This document shows, piece after piece, positions 63,915 to 64,000 of a stretch of DNA of 64,000 bases (positions are counted from its first letter, which is position 1; the number at the start of each line of letters is the position of its first letter). The stretch comes from Allomuricauda sp. (GTDB lineage: Bacteria; Bacteroidota; Bacteroidia; Flavobacteriales; Flavobacteriaceae). A program made the position numbers and the translations under genes. The notes under the pieces were generated by a model that ran no database searches, was not told where the DNA came from, and was given only the letters and a program-made list of their open reading frames with translations. The stretch lies in NCBI GenBank assembly GCA_050303195.1, contig JBNLBG010000006.1:953-64952 (forward strand), in the 5' to 3' direction.

Positions 63915-64000
63915 TCATTGAAATTAACAATCTTCATAAGCGATTTGGTAAAAATCAAGTACTGAAAGGGATTGACCTTAGTATTGAGGAGGGCCATATT
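63911..64000 (+). CDS. nosF: ABC transporter ATP-binding protein NosF (5' end only; continues beyond the window)
   Basis: ATGA overlap with the nosD stop. MIIEINNLHKRFGKNQVLKGIDLSIEEGH is a typical ABC ATPase N-terminus. The name follows from synteny. Confidence 0.7.
   Translation, partial: MIIEINNLHKRFGKNQVLKGIDLSIEEGHI

Noticed and set aside
1-64000. Search for CRISPR arrays, tRNA/rRNA genes, transposases, integrases, prophage or toxin-antitoxin modules
   Set aside because: I saw no direct-repeat/spacer periodicity, no tRNA-like cloverleaf candidates, no transposase/integrase/recombinase motifs and no terminal inverted repeats. The many short antisense ORFs inside long genes (for example 118..384, 26409..26789, 40275..40556) are shadow frames.

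Overview
The window looks like a chromosomal segment of a Bacteroidota genome, probably a marine Flavobacteriaceae-type organism. Evidence: a SusC/SusD pair, a hybrid two-component regulator with an AraC output, TAnnTTTG-type -7 promoter elements and lipoprotein-rich gene content. I recognised no rRNA, tRNA, CRISPR array, transposase or integrase.

Layout:
- **0-10 kb:** stress and housekeeping genes. These include dodecin, a PRTase/dienelactone-hydrolase/bactofilin-like operon, a HemG-like flavodoxin, upp, a beta-CASP MBL nuclease paired with an ATP-cone PD-(D/E)xK nuclease, and MlaEFD.
- **10-12 kb:** relics of a decayed polysaccharide utilisation locus (PUL), namely a FecR C-terminal fragment and a GH31 C-terminal fragment.
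- **13-22 kb:** SusC/SusD, a 1,100-aa FG-GAP/VCBS protein and its gutted tandem paralog.
- **22-32 kb:** xylan utilisation genes (GH43, GPH symporter, GH10, HTCS, GH43).
- **32-36 kb:** a tesA/ybbA/ybbP-like module.
- **36-57 kb:** a large nitrate/nitrite assimilation cluster. It holds a NiR/SiR-like rubredoxin fusion, a NasA-reductase-BFD fusion, a NarL-type response regulator, a porin, nrtA, nrtB and two ATPase genes, an FNR-type regulator, narK, cobA, nirBD, DUF4202 and a NarX-like kinase.
- **57-64 kb:** a Sec-type (clade II) nosZ cluster with an Rrf2 regulator, cytochrome c, a fasciclin protein, nosZ, a membrane protein, nosL, a PNPOx-like protein, nosD and the start of nosF.

The most interesting signals are regulatory:
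- **FNR-type boxes.** TGA-N6-TCA boxes recur in front of five promoters. In each case the box centre lies exactly 29.5 nt from a -7 element, which is class II-like geometry. This links nosZ, a hemG-like gene, the PRTase/DLH operon, the mla operon and a small His-rich protein into a putative O2-responsive regulon. A sixth, near-consensus box sits behind the nosZ terminator.
- **TACGTA motif.** A TACGTA-core motif occurs nine times in the five upstream spacers of the nitrate-assimilation operons. The narK and nirB promoters share a near-identical 22-nt block containing it.

All functional calls rest on motif recognition by eye and none has been checked against a database.
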